DNA from: Squalus acanthias | Taxonomy: Eukaryota | Length of the DNA stretch: 64,000 bases | Direction of reading: 5' to 3' | Assembly: GCA_030390025.1 (NCBI GenBank) | Contig: CM059432.1 | Span: 41,976,001 to 42,040,000 of the forward strand | Shown here: positions 1-11,305 of the stretch, in pieces | Position numbering within the stretch: position 1 is the stretch's first letter | How the letters are laid out: every line of letters begins with the position of its first letter | Notes under the pieces: generated by a model | What the model was told of the DNA's origin: nothing | Databases searched by the model: none | The model's input: the letters and a program-made list of their open reading frames with translations, nothing else | Translations under genes and position numbers: made by a program

Positions 1-2492
1 AAATGCTTGGTGCAATGGCAGACCTGCCAGAGAGCCTCTTGTCACGGTCAAGGAGCATGGAGGAGTCCAACGGCTCCAACATTGCATGGAGCTTTGCGCG
101 GAGCTTAGAGCCCATGATTTCCAGGATGGAAGTGATGGGCAACTCTATTAGAACAATTGTGGATCCAACCATGATGCTGGGTGTGATGGGCGATGTCAAA
201 GCTTCCATTGCAACACAAGCGGAAGCAACCCAACGTTGCACTGGAATCTCAGACTGCTCTCATGCAGGCTCAGCTTGCTGCCACGCAAGCTCAGATTGTT
301 CTCATGCAGTCTCAGCTGGCTACCACACAAGCTCAGACTGATGCCATCGTGGCTGGGTTTACGAGTGTGAAAAGGGGCTTGCAGGGTCTCACAGCAGTTC
401 AGCAATCTGTGCTCCAACAGATGGCTAGGAATGCTGAAGCATCACCCCAGGGGAGTGGCAGTGGCTCTGTGGGGCAAGAACCTGCTGTCCCCTCTCAGGA
501 TGACAGGGGTGGCAGTCGTACTCCCACCCATGCCACTCCGCCAGTGTCCTTGCTGCTGTCTGTCAGCCAGCCCGGACTGCTGCCACCCATGCCAAGGTGG
601 TGCAGTCTACAGCTGGGCTTTCTGGGCCCAGAGTTGCTTGAGGTCATCCTGCAAGGCCATCTGCAGTCTCTCCCAGGGAAAATCAGTAGCCTTCCACCAG
701 CTATGCTGCAGCTCTTGGGGTAGCACTGCGTAGGAGCACCAGGATTGGTAAAGGAACACGAAAGACAGACACTAAGGGAATGGACAAAGGTGATTAGCTG
801 ACCTGGTTATGTAGTTTTGGATTGATTAATTTATGTTTGGAATGTTTGTTTTGTGGTGGCTCTCATTTCAGCTTTGTGCCCAAGAGGACGCTGTGTTGTT
901 CCGTGACAGCGGGATGGTAAGGTGGGGAAGTGTTGAGCAACGGGGATCTGGGGTTTCATTAAGGGGGAGACTGGATTCTGATGAGGTGCTCATGGACAGC
1001 CCGTTCGGAACAGGGATCTGCTGCTTGCCTCCTCCCTTCCTCCTCCTCCTCCTCGAGGTCGTCGCGGAACCCATGGTGGCAAGAGCTGCACCCTCATAAT
1101 GGCCAAGTTGTGGAAGATGCAGCAGATTTCCACGAAATGGGACACCTGCTCCGACGTGTACTGGAGAGCTCCTCCCGAGCAGTCAAGGCAGCGACACCAC
1201 TGCTTTCGCACCCCGATGGTCTGCTCGATGAGGTTCATCATAGCAGCATGGCTCTCATTGGTGAGGTTGCGGAGGGGAGTCATCAGCCAGGTGTAGAACA
1301 GATAGCCCTGGTTTCCAAACAGCCACCCTCACTTTCGACGTGGTGGCTGGAAGATTGCTGGCACACCGGACTGCTGCAGGAAGGCATCATGACTGCTGCC
1401 AGGATACCAGGCATTCACCATCATGATGTGCTGGGCATGGTTGTACACTAGCCGCACATTAAGTTTGTGGTAGCCTTTGAAGTTGCGGTACATCTCAGGA
1501 TTGATATGCGGTGCCCGCTAAGCCACTTGTGTGCAGTCGATGGCGCCCTGAGCCATGGGGAAGCCCGATATCCTGGCAAAGCCACTTGTACGCTCCTCCT
1601 GCTTCTCTCTGTTCAGAGAGAAGACAATTAAGTCCCTTCTCCTAGAGTACAGAGCCTCTGCGATCTCCTGGGCAGCGAATTGGGAGATGTTAGCTATGTC
1701 TCCTGCTCCAGACTGGAAGGATCAGGTGGCGAAAAAAATTGAGGGTCACGGTATCCTTGAGGGCCACTGGCAGTGCCAGCGTCGCTGTGCTCTGAAGGTG
1801 AAGGTCTGGTTCCAGGAGGTGGCAGAGTTCTGTGACCACCTCCTTGGTGAAGCGGAGCCTCCGAATACACTGCTCTTGGCTTAAGTGCAGGTAGAAATGC
1901 TCTCGAAAGACCCTAGGTGGGTAAGGCCTCCTGCCCCTCCTTCTCCTCCCTCTGCGAGCAGCTTGTTTTCTTTGCTGCCTCTGCTCCATCTCCCGGTCAT
2001 GTTCCAGTGCGAGGGGCACTCCAAGTAGAGCCCCCATGACTGGGAGCAATTTGTGTGAGCAGAACCCTTGAAATTAGAAGCAAGGTCTTCTCCACTCCAC
2101 TCCCCGTCACCTCACCAACTTTAAATAACTGTAGAAAGCTCCAAACAGTTGCACAAACTTACACAGAGCCAGTCGAAATCAAAAAGCAAGTCACCTGCAA
2201 GTTGTTGATAATCCCTCTAAATATCACTGGTGGGAGGTCCCTCATGCAACTGAATGCACAGTCAAGCGGTGACGTTCAAAATAGCAGGTCGTATGTCAAA
2301 TCAGCGTTGCACACTGATTGACGTCACGATCTGACTGATTAGCATTTTTCTGCCAAATGCAGGTAACGGCCGCGCTGCCGACCTGCCCAAAATGCCGGTC
2401 GCAGTGGGCCTCGCCGGAAGTGGCTGGAAGCGATGCAGCTGCCATTTTTTTGCCAAAATATCAGTCGCCGCTAAGGTGCCGAATTTCACGCC
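1..2492 (-). mobile_element. Degenerate Harbinger transposon (left end outside window), in CIBAR1 intron 4
   Basis: Disrupted transposase on minus (~950-2037; YPPRVFRE, FTKEVVTELCHLL, RCLDCSGGALQY); Myb-gene exon 3 homolog on plus (1-~797); terminus GAATTTCACGCC followed by TTA. Confidence 0.85.
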
Positions 2493-3207
2493 TTACATTT
2501 CTAACTGTTGGGAGAAAACACTGTACATGTGTGCATACAAACACAGAGTTTTCTTCTTGGCAGCACAGCTAGACATAAACAGGAGCTAAGCAAATATAAA
2601 CAAGGTTCCAACTGGCTGAAACCCTAACTGCAGTGATCAATGTCAATCTAGTAGCTGCAGTGTAAACTTGCCTTCAGTCATCACCAAGTCCTGGAAGAGG
2701 ACAGTTTTCAAGGAATCACAAGATCAATGTAACTACAGTGACCTTTAAAATCACAAAAAGCTATTTCTACTAGCGAAAAGAATGTTTAAAAGCCATTTGT
2801 GACTTTAATGGATGTGTGTATAAGAATATTGCTTAGTCTTAATCCTGATATTTTTGGGAATTAAAATTATGAATAAATATCGGAACAATTTTAGCCTAGA
2901 AATGTTTTTAAATTCCATTTAGGAAGTGGATTGAAGACAAGGTATGAGATCCTACGCAAGTTCAGTGTGCAATTTGTCACAACTGATTTTATTGCTAGAC
3001 CCACGCTGTGCAATTCTCAGAGCAAAACGGGCCTTCTTGTTCATGGGGAAAAGGCCACTCTCAGAATGCACTGGTGAAAGAAGAAATTATGCTTTAAAAG
3101 TCCAAATCTTAAAAGGCTCCTGAAATTATCCAGCAGGCCATAGTCATCCTGCTCACCACTTATGGTGCAACAGTGCTTTGTACAGACATATATACAACCA
3201 CTGTATA

Positions 3208-3217
3208 TTAAGGATAC
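3208..3217 (-). other. U12-type (minor spliceosome) 5' splice site
   Basis: GTATCCTTAA follows exon 4 directly and matches the RTATCCTT U12 donor consensus. Confidence 0.8.
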
Positions 3218-3319
3218 AACAATCTGTCGGTCAGAAGGGTTCCTCTGGCGCATTTTCTCCACGTGGGCAATTTGCTTTGATTCACGTTTTATAGCACCTA
3301 ACGCAACCTTGAGGTCTTC
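3218..3319 (-). CDS. CIBAR1: CIBAR1/FAM92A coding exon 4; downstream exons not found in window
   Basis: ttcacag|EDLKVALGAIKRESKQIAHVEKMRQRNPSDRQIV|gtatcctt, 102 nt; RQRNPSDRQ is typical of FAM92A. Confidence 0.92.
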
Positions 3320-3596
3320 CTGTGAAAGAGAGATTTAAAATATTAAACAAGTTGACAAGGGTAAGAGGTTGGCTAACACAAATATGAAATTTGAGGAGTT
3401 ATGTCTAGCACAGAACAATTTGCTTGACTCCAAATGCCAGGTTCAAAATTAAAGTTGCATTGTACATCTACAATCAGTTTCAAAAACAACATAGAATTTA
3501 TGTTTTTCTTTTTTTTTCCCACACACATTGATGGCTACCAGAGGCCAGGCTATAAATAACCTGTAAAATCAGTTTTCTTTATTACAATAATACATC

Positions 3597-3870
3597 AACA
3601 GCAACTTGCATTTATATAGCACCTTTAACACAGAAAAGCATCCAAAAGGCACTTCATGGAGGTGCAAGGGAAAAAATTGGACATAGAGCCAAAAGCTTGT
3701 TCAAAGGTTTAAGAAAGGTCTTAAAGGAAGACAGGGAAGTATAGGTTTTAGCAAGGGAATTCCAGACTGTGAGGCATAGGCAGCTAAAGGCAAGGCCACG
3801 AATGATGGGGCAAAGGGGGGGGGAAATGTACAAGAGGCCAGAGTTGGAGGAACAGAGACTGTACATGATT
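3597..3870 (-). mobile_element. L2 LINE 3' fragment
   Basis: caacttgcatttatatagcaccttt tail and RT C-terminal homology shared with the other L2 copies in the window. Confidence 0.7.
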
Positions 3871-6800
3871 AGTGGCACAAGGACGTGATCAAATAGAGCA
3901 TCCAAGGTGCTACTTGCACTTGTCTGGCATGCATCCTCTGATCCTCTTCCAAACCTGCTTTTAGAAAGGTATGACCATATGAATACTTATAGCTGGGCAC
4001 AAATAAGGACACAAACATTGATAAAAGATGCAGTACAGTTTTAAGTGGTTGTCAGGAAGGTTCCAAGAAACCTCCCCAATTTCCTTTGTCGAACAAGCCT
4101 AAAATGGTGCAGAGAGCTGCTACGATATACAGCTTTAATAGTAATGTACCTAACTGAGGGGAGTAGGCCTCTCTTGAAAGGCCTATTTGATACAGGCGCT
4201 GTTCAGGCTTCCAGATCACATTATGAGAAATAATAATTTGTTGCCCTTTAAATGAGCCTCATTCACAATCTGCGTGCAGGCTCCTATCACTCAAAATGCT
4301 TCCCAATTGGATTGTTGGCGTCAGATCTGATAATACATAGGTTTAGTGCCTGAAGCACTGTGGCGCCACAGGCACTTTCCATCACATGGTCACCTCCATT
4401 AGTAACCGTCTTTGTGTAAACCTAAATAATCATGTCAGACGATCTAATTTTCTCAAATCTAACACATTATGTTGTAAGGGTGGAAACATACGGTCAACTA
4501 TGTAATGTTAGGGCTCCATCTAGTAGCAGCATCAAGTAATGCAATAATATAATTTACATAAACATATAGGAGCACAAAAAGTATCAAGGATGAGAACTAC
4601 TGAGGCCACGGCTGTTCATTCCTCAGCTTTCTATAGGGAGAAAGTGGAAAACCAAAATTATTCCTATAATCCATGAAATTGCAATGCACAGCTAAAGTCA
4701 AACTGATATACAAAGTTAATATACTTCAACAGCTGATGATGGGCAAAAATTTCAAATGAGAATGGTGCTGCAGCATTTGACGAGTCCAGATAAACCATTT
4801 TTGAATGTTTTCAAATCAAATGCTCCCTTTTTCAAGAGATTAGCATACATGCCAATCGTCCATATTTCCCACTTGTGTCTGCTTGTCAGTGTTTTCTTAC
4901 AAACATCAACAACAACTTGCATTTATATAGCACTTTTAAAGTAGTAAAACATCCTAAGGTGCTTCACAGGAGCGTTATCAAACAAAATTTAACACAGAGC
5001 CACGTAGGGCTTTCTAGGGCAGACAAGCTAGGTTTTAAGGAGCGTCTTAAAGGGGTGGAAAAAAAAAAGAGGTAGAGAGGTTTAGGCAAGGAATTCCAGA
5101 GCTTAGGGCCAATGGCAGAGTGATTAAAATCGGGGATGCACAAGAGGCCAGAATTGGAGGAGTGCAGATATCCCGGAGGATTGTAGGGCTGGAGGAGGTT
5201 ACAGAGGTACGGAGGGGCAAAGCCATGGAGGGATTTGAAAACAAGGATGAGAATTTTAAAATCAAGGCGTTGCTTAACCGGGAGCCAATGTAGGCCAGCG
5301 AGCACAGGGGTGATGGATGAACAGGACTTGGTGCAAGTTAGGATACGGGCAGCAGAGTTTTGGATGAGCTTAAGTTTATGGAGGATGGAAGATGGGAGGC
5401 CGGCCAGGAGAGCATTGGAATAGTCAAGCCTAGAGGTAACAAAGGCATGGATGAGGGTTCCAGCAGCAGATAAGCTGAGGCGGGGGCGGAGTCAGAGAGG
5501 TGGAAATAGGTGGTCTTAGTGACGGCATGGATATGTGGTCGGAAGCACATCTTGGGGTCAAATATGACACCAAGGTTGCGAACAGTCTGGTTCAGCCTCA
5601 GTTGCTAGGGAGAGGGATGGAGTCGGTGGCTAGGGAACGGAGTTTGTGGCGGGGACCGAAGGTAATGGCTTCGGTCTTCCCAATATTTAGTTGGAGGAAA
5701 TTTCTGCTCATCCAGTACTGGATGTTGGACAAGCAGCGTGACAATTTAGAGGCAGTGGAGGGGTTGAGAGAGGTGGTGGTGAGGTAGATGTGAAACCTGA
5801 CGTTGTGTTTTCGGATGATGTCGCCCAGGTGCAGTATGTAGATAAGAAATAGGAAGGGGAGCCAAGGATGGATCGTTGGAAGAGAAGCCATTGAAGGTGA
5901 TTCTCTGGCTACGACTGGTTAGATAAGAATGGAACCAGGCGAATGCAGCCCCACCCAGCTGGACGACAGAGCAGAGGTGTTGGAGGAGGATGTCGTGGTC
6001 AACTGTGTCAAAAGCTGCAGACAGGTCGAGAAGGACGAGGGGGATAGTTTAACACGGTTACAGTCACCCATTTGTGACTTTGATAAGAGCCGTTTCGGTA
6101 CTGTGGCGGGGCAGAAACCTGATTGGAGGGATTCAAACATGGAGCTCAGGGAAAGGGAAGCAGCAGAGGCAGCTGAGCAGATGGTCTCAACCTTCGTGGC
6201 AAAGTCGTCCATGAGCTCCTCGCACTTGTTGGAGGTGAGGGTGTAGGAGGCAGGGGAGAGAGGTTTAAGAAAACGGTTTGCAGTAGAGAGAAGAAGCCGG
6301 GGGTTATCTTTGCATTCCAGAATGATCCTGGAACAGTGAGTAGTTTTGGCAGAAGGGAGCAGGACCCGATAGTGCTTTATATGGTCAAACCAGATCTGGT
6401 GATGAATGGCTAAACCATTTGCCCGCCATATACGTTCAAGTCTGCGTCCCCTGGACTTAAGGGAGCGAAGATGAGAGACGACCAGATTGAGAGAGAGTAA
6501 TGGTTTTAATGGGGACTAGGACATCAAAGGTGGAGGTGAGGGTGTTGTTGAGCAGATCGGTAGCTGCAGAAATGTAGTGGTGAATGGAGGGCCAAAGGCT
6601 AGACAGTTGGGATTTTGAAAGTGCAGTTGTAAGTGAATGTGGAGAGTTTTTTCCCCAGAGGCAGACACAAAAGTAGGGTTGGAAGAGGGAAGGGGGATGT
6701 GGTGGGGAGTGATACAAAGAAGTGATCAGAGCTGGCCTTATCTGTGATTGACACGATGGGCGTAGTGAGCCACGTGAGGTGGCAAGGTCAAGGGGTGGCT

Positions 6801-7345
6801 GTGGCTACGGGTAGGGTAGCTTATATGGAGGAAGAAATTAAGGGACGACAGAAGGGCGGTAAACTCAGGAGAGAAAGCACGATGAGCTGAGATGGATGTT
6901 GAAATCACCGAGGATGGGAAGTCGCTTGGTCCAGAAGCTGAGGGAGGAAAACAGAGAAGATATCTCAGTGAGAAACTTGGCTTGGAATTGGGTGGGCGAT
7001 AGAGAACAAGGATTTTAAATGAAAGGCGAGAGGGGTGGAACAAGGCGTGATGCTCGAAGGAGGAGAAGGTGCCAGAGGCATAGAGTAGGTAGACAGACCA
7101 AGGTGTGATTTGGTGATATGTGCCACACCGCCACTGCGGCAGTATGGGCGGGGCAAGTAGTGGAAGGTATAGCCAGGCAGGGAGGCTTCATTAAAGGGGA
7201 AGGTTACATCACCTTTCAGCCAGGTTTCCGTCAAGGCCAATCATCCACAATAAGCTATGATGCGGAGATGCCGGTGTTGGACTGGGGTGGACAAAAGTGA
7301 TAAGTCGCACAACACCAGGTTATAGTCCAACCGTTTTATTTGAAA

Positions 7346-7383
7346 TCACAAGCTTTCGGAGCTGCTGCTCCTTTGTCAGGTGA
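7346..7383 (-). ncRNA. Degenerate minimal hammerhead ribozyme
   Basis: TCAC-CTGACAA-A-GGAGC-agca-GCTCC-GAAAGCTT-GTGA; core G8 changed to A. The sister copy at 8245-8279 (+) has a 3-nt core deletion. Confidence 0.65.
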
Positions 7384-7658
7384 AGTGAAGAAATACAAAT
7401 CGGCACAGCATATATAGACAGAGAACAATGCCTGTGCAGAGTACAATGTCAGACGACTACAGTTAATCTTTCTGACTGTCTCTCTGCCGAGGTGTGATAA
7501 AAGGCAATCAGGTCAGTCAGGAAGACATTATATCAAAGACATAGCAAGATACAACTAAGACAATGAGGTGGGGTCACAGGGGGTCTAATGTGTCAGATGC
7601 TGCAGTCCGTATGGAAAACCAAAAACTTTAAACTTTTTACTTTTTTTACTGGAAATCA

Positions 7659-7750
7659 CAGTTACCTCCCAGTCGGGGAACACTTCAGCAGTTACCTCCC
7701 AGTCGGGGAACACTTCAGCAGTTACCTCCCAGTCGGGGAACACTTCAGCA
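7659..7750 (+). repeat. 30-bp tandem repeat x3
   Basis: cagttacctcccagtcggggaacacttcag repeated three times (SYLPVGEHFS). Confidence 0.95.
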
Positions 7751-10292
7751 GTCAAGAACATTCAGCCTCGGATCTTCGGGTAAGCGTTCTCCAAGGCAGC
7801 CTTCGAGACACACAATAACGCAAAATCATCGAGCAGAAACTGATAGCCAAGTTCCGCACCCATGAGGACGGCCTCAACCGGGATCTTGGGTTCATGTCAC
7901 GCTACATGTAACCCCACCTGACGTAGAGTCATCCAGACTCGAGTCGTCGTTGGCTTGTTCACAGATGTGATTTCCAGTAAAAAAAAAGTAAAAAGTTTAA
8001 AGTTTTTGGTTTTCCATACAGACTGCAGCATTTGACACATTAGACCCCCTGTGACCCCACCTCATTGTCTTAGTTGTATTTTGCTATGTCTTTGATATAA
8101 TGTCTTCCTGACTGACCCGATTGTCTCTCTGCCGAGGTGTGATAAAAGGCAGTCAGAAAGATTAATTGTAGTCGTCTGACATTGTACTCTGCACAGGCAT
8201 TGTTCTCTGTCTATAAATGCTGTGCCGATTTGTATTTCTTCACTTCACCTGAAGGAGCAGCCGCTCCGAAAGCTTGTGATTTCAAATAAAACGGTTGGAC
8301 TATAGCCTGGTGTTGTGCGACTTCTCACTTTTGTCCACAGTAAGCTGGCATGGATGGCAAGGGCTTTGTTCACAAGTGAACGAACATTCTGGAGGGAGAT
8401 GCGGAGAGGGGTGGTGATAGCTGATCCAGTGACAGAGTCCATAGGGTCAGCATTGGGAGGGGTGAGTAGCACAGGAAGGAGATAGGAAAGATTAGCCCCC
8501 CAGCGGGCGCGCTGGGCAGGAAGATCGGCAAGAGAGTAGGATGGGGCAGTTGGGGTTGCTGCTCATAAGGAGACAGCGAGACTCAATGGGCCCTTTGGAG
8601 GATGCCTAGAGAGGCACAGAGGGAAGCTGTAGGCTTATCTAAGAGGGAGTCAAGCCTGGGATGGAGGCAGTATAGTCGGAAGTTCGAGGAGTGCTGAAGG
8701 GTTAGGGTAGGGATTTGGGAGGGCAGAGTATCCAAGAGGGGAGAAATGAAAGGAGGCATGACGACAGAAGAGTGGGGTCTAGGAGGGGAGAAAATGAGAA
8801 AAGGGATTTAAAAACAGGATTTAAAGTTCCTATGCTGCACCCTGATCTTCCATTTATGCAGCTCAACTCATTTTTGTGTAAACTGAATGCTACTGATTTT
8901 TGCATGTACATTACCATCAAGTGGTCCCTATATTGCAAGTTTCAAATGTGAGGCACCCATCATGTAAGCTGTATTCTTTCTTGACAGTGTTACAGCAGTT
9001 TGCTGCCAGTGGCTCTAGAGATTGTGTGGGTTTGTTTTTATCTGCTTAATTTAAGAACATTTTTAATATAGGATACATATATTAATGGTAACTTAACATT
9101 GATGTAGGATAATTATCTGTGGGTTGAACAATTTAGACATCCCAGAGTAAAGTGTCATACTAATAGGTTGGAGAACAGGCTTCCTGGTTTCGCGTGGAGT
9201 TTGTCACCTCCCCTTGGAAGCAGCACATAGGTTTGGGGTATCTAGCCAAGTGTGGAGCAGGCGCCTCGATGAGGTCAACACTTCCAATGATGTTGTAAAT
9301 ACAAAAAAGGATATTTCCAGCAAAGCAGTTTGAAATGAAAGTGTTTTCAGTTAGGCCTTCCATTCTTACAAGTTATTAATGCCTTCTTAGTTGGGGCCCT
9401 GCATTTGAAAATAACACTACACTGTCTTTAAATCAGTAAAAGTTCCTGTTCCTGGGATGCCAATGCTGAAGTACTAAGTGTTTGATAAATTAGATATTCA
9501 CAGTGTTTCTATAAAGGCTTGAGAATCTGCTTCACTGGTGCTCAGTACAAATACAGAGATCACAGACTGTCACTGCTCTCTGCTTGTCGATGCCCAAGCA
9601 GCAGTCAGTGCAGTGGCTTTGCACTGAACTCTGTCTAATTCACAGCCAGACAGTGTTTCGGACCCAGTGTCCATTTGTCTGTAATTGACAAATTTCCCAT
9701 ACTCTTTCGTGGTTGTTCATGAGCCAACATTGTTCAGTTCTTCTGTGCGTGCCCTATTGGCCTCAGTAGGAAAGATTGTTGAAGAGAAATAGTTCCAGGA
9801 GTTTGGCTGGACTCTAACCAAAGCTTCTGGGAGATAAAAGCATTTGAGTTGTTAAAAGTATCACAGAACATAATTGAATTGCCAGTTAACAGTTAATAAA
9901 CCTCATACTCCCAGCTCACTCCAGCTCCCCACTCCCCAAGTTTGTTTGCACTTTCATATTCACATGCTTGAGATTGCCTTTCTGCTACCTGTGCACTCAC
10001 CAGGGCAGGGAAAGCACTGACAACTGACAGCGGCCAGTCTCAGACCCGCATTTTCAAAAATCCATTGTAAACTGACATCTCATGCAACATCCTTGAGAAT
10101 TACAGAGGAGGCACCCACTGTGGAACAAGCAGCAAAGCTGGTCACTGTCAACCATAATCACCCTCGCTAACTGTAATAGATCATTAAAATATATTTTGCT
10201 ATAATGCAATTAAAAATGCAAAATTGTAACGTAGTAATAAAATCATTCACTGACGTGTAAATCAGTGAAAAAAGTTATTGTAGTAAATTTGT

Positions 10293-10740
10293 CATGCAAG
10301 GGGCTTCAGTTATGTGGAGAAACTAGAGAAACTGGGATTGTTCTCCTTAGAGCAGAGAAGGTTAAGGGGAGATTTGATGGAGGTGTTCAAAATCATAAAG
10401 CGCTTTGATAGAGAAAATAAGAAACTGTCTCCAGTGGCAGAAAGGCCAGTAAACAGAAGACACAGAGTTAAGGTAATTGGCAAAAGAACATGAGGCAACA
10501 TGAGGATTTTTTTTTTTGGACAGCGAGTTGTTATGATCTGGAATGCACTACCAGAAAGGGTGGTGGAAGCAGATTCAATAATAACTTTCAAAAAGGAATT
10601 GGATAAATACTTCAAGGGGGTAAATTTACAGGGCTATGAGGAAAGAGCAAGGGAATGGGACTAATTGGATAGATCTTCCAAAGAGCCAGAACAGGCACGA
10701 TGGGCCAAATGGCCTCTTTCTGTGCTGTATCATTCTGAGA
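10293..10740 (+). mobile_element. CR1 LINE 3' fragment
   Basis: EKLEKLGLFSLEQRRLRGDL...WNALPERVVEA homology and CR1 3' UTR. Confidence 0.85.
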
Positions 10741-10979
10741 GTCTTTGAATATGTTCGTTTGTTCAATCCAGTATGATTAAAAACAACAATTTTAAAGTTT
10801 AGCTAACAAAAAGATTCTGGCACCATCAGTCCAGTCAGATTTTGAACGGAGCTATTTTTCTCTCCACTTAATGACCAGTAACCTGTCCAGCCATGGTTCA
10901 TAAGGCAATGATGAAGGAACATGAGAAGTTTAAAAGGGAATACTAAAGTAATTACAGCAGGAGTGCCAAATAAGAAACG

Positions 10980-11304
10980 TATATGAGAAAGACAGCATCA
11001 GGGCAGAAAGACAGGTTAGGGTCTCTTGCTCAAATAAGAGTTTTATATACTAACACACAGAGTATAAGAAATAAATTGATTGAATTAGATGCTTAAATAC
11101 AGCTTAGAGGGTATGACATGGTGGCCATTACTGAGACATGGCTAGAAGTTGGTCATGATTGAGAGTTAAATATTCCAGGTTATAAGGTTTTTAGAAAGGA
11201 TAGGAAAACTGGAAGAGGAAGAAGGGTAGCCTTATTGATTAAGGATACTATTACAACATTAGCAAGAGGATATAGGCAAAGGAAAGAAATCAGTGGAGAC
11301 TCTA
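10980..11304 (+). mobile_element. CR1 ORF2 endonuclease fragment
   Basis: YTNTQSIRNK...YDMVAITETWL...GYKVFRKDR homology with stops. Confidence 0.65.
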
Positions 11305-11305
11305 A

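Larger units (their letters stand above)
7258..8339. mobile_element. Penelope-like element fragment with ~370-bp inverted arms
   Basis: 7287-7660 is the reverse complement of ~7968-8338; centre encodes a GIY-YIG C-terminus (LPVGEHFSSQEHSASDLRVSVL...EQKLIAKFRTHEDGLNRD). Confidence 0.85.
4907..8815 (-). mobile_element. Long degenerate L2 LINE, interrupted by a Penelope-like element
   Basis: Fragments ISLQNVRSL, LTETWL, FSTCLQLLTQ region, LQLNIGKTEAI, LHWLPVKQR; (CAA)n tail at ~4907; tccaca(a/g)taagct on both sides of the insertion. Confidence 0.85.
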
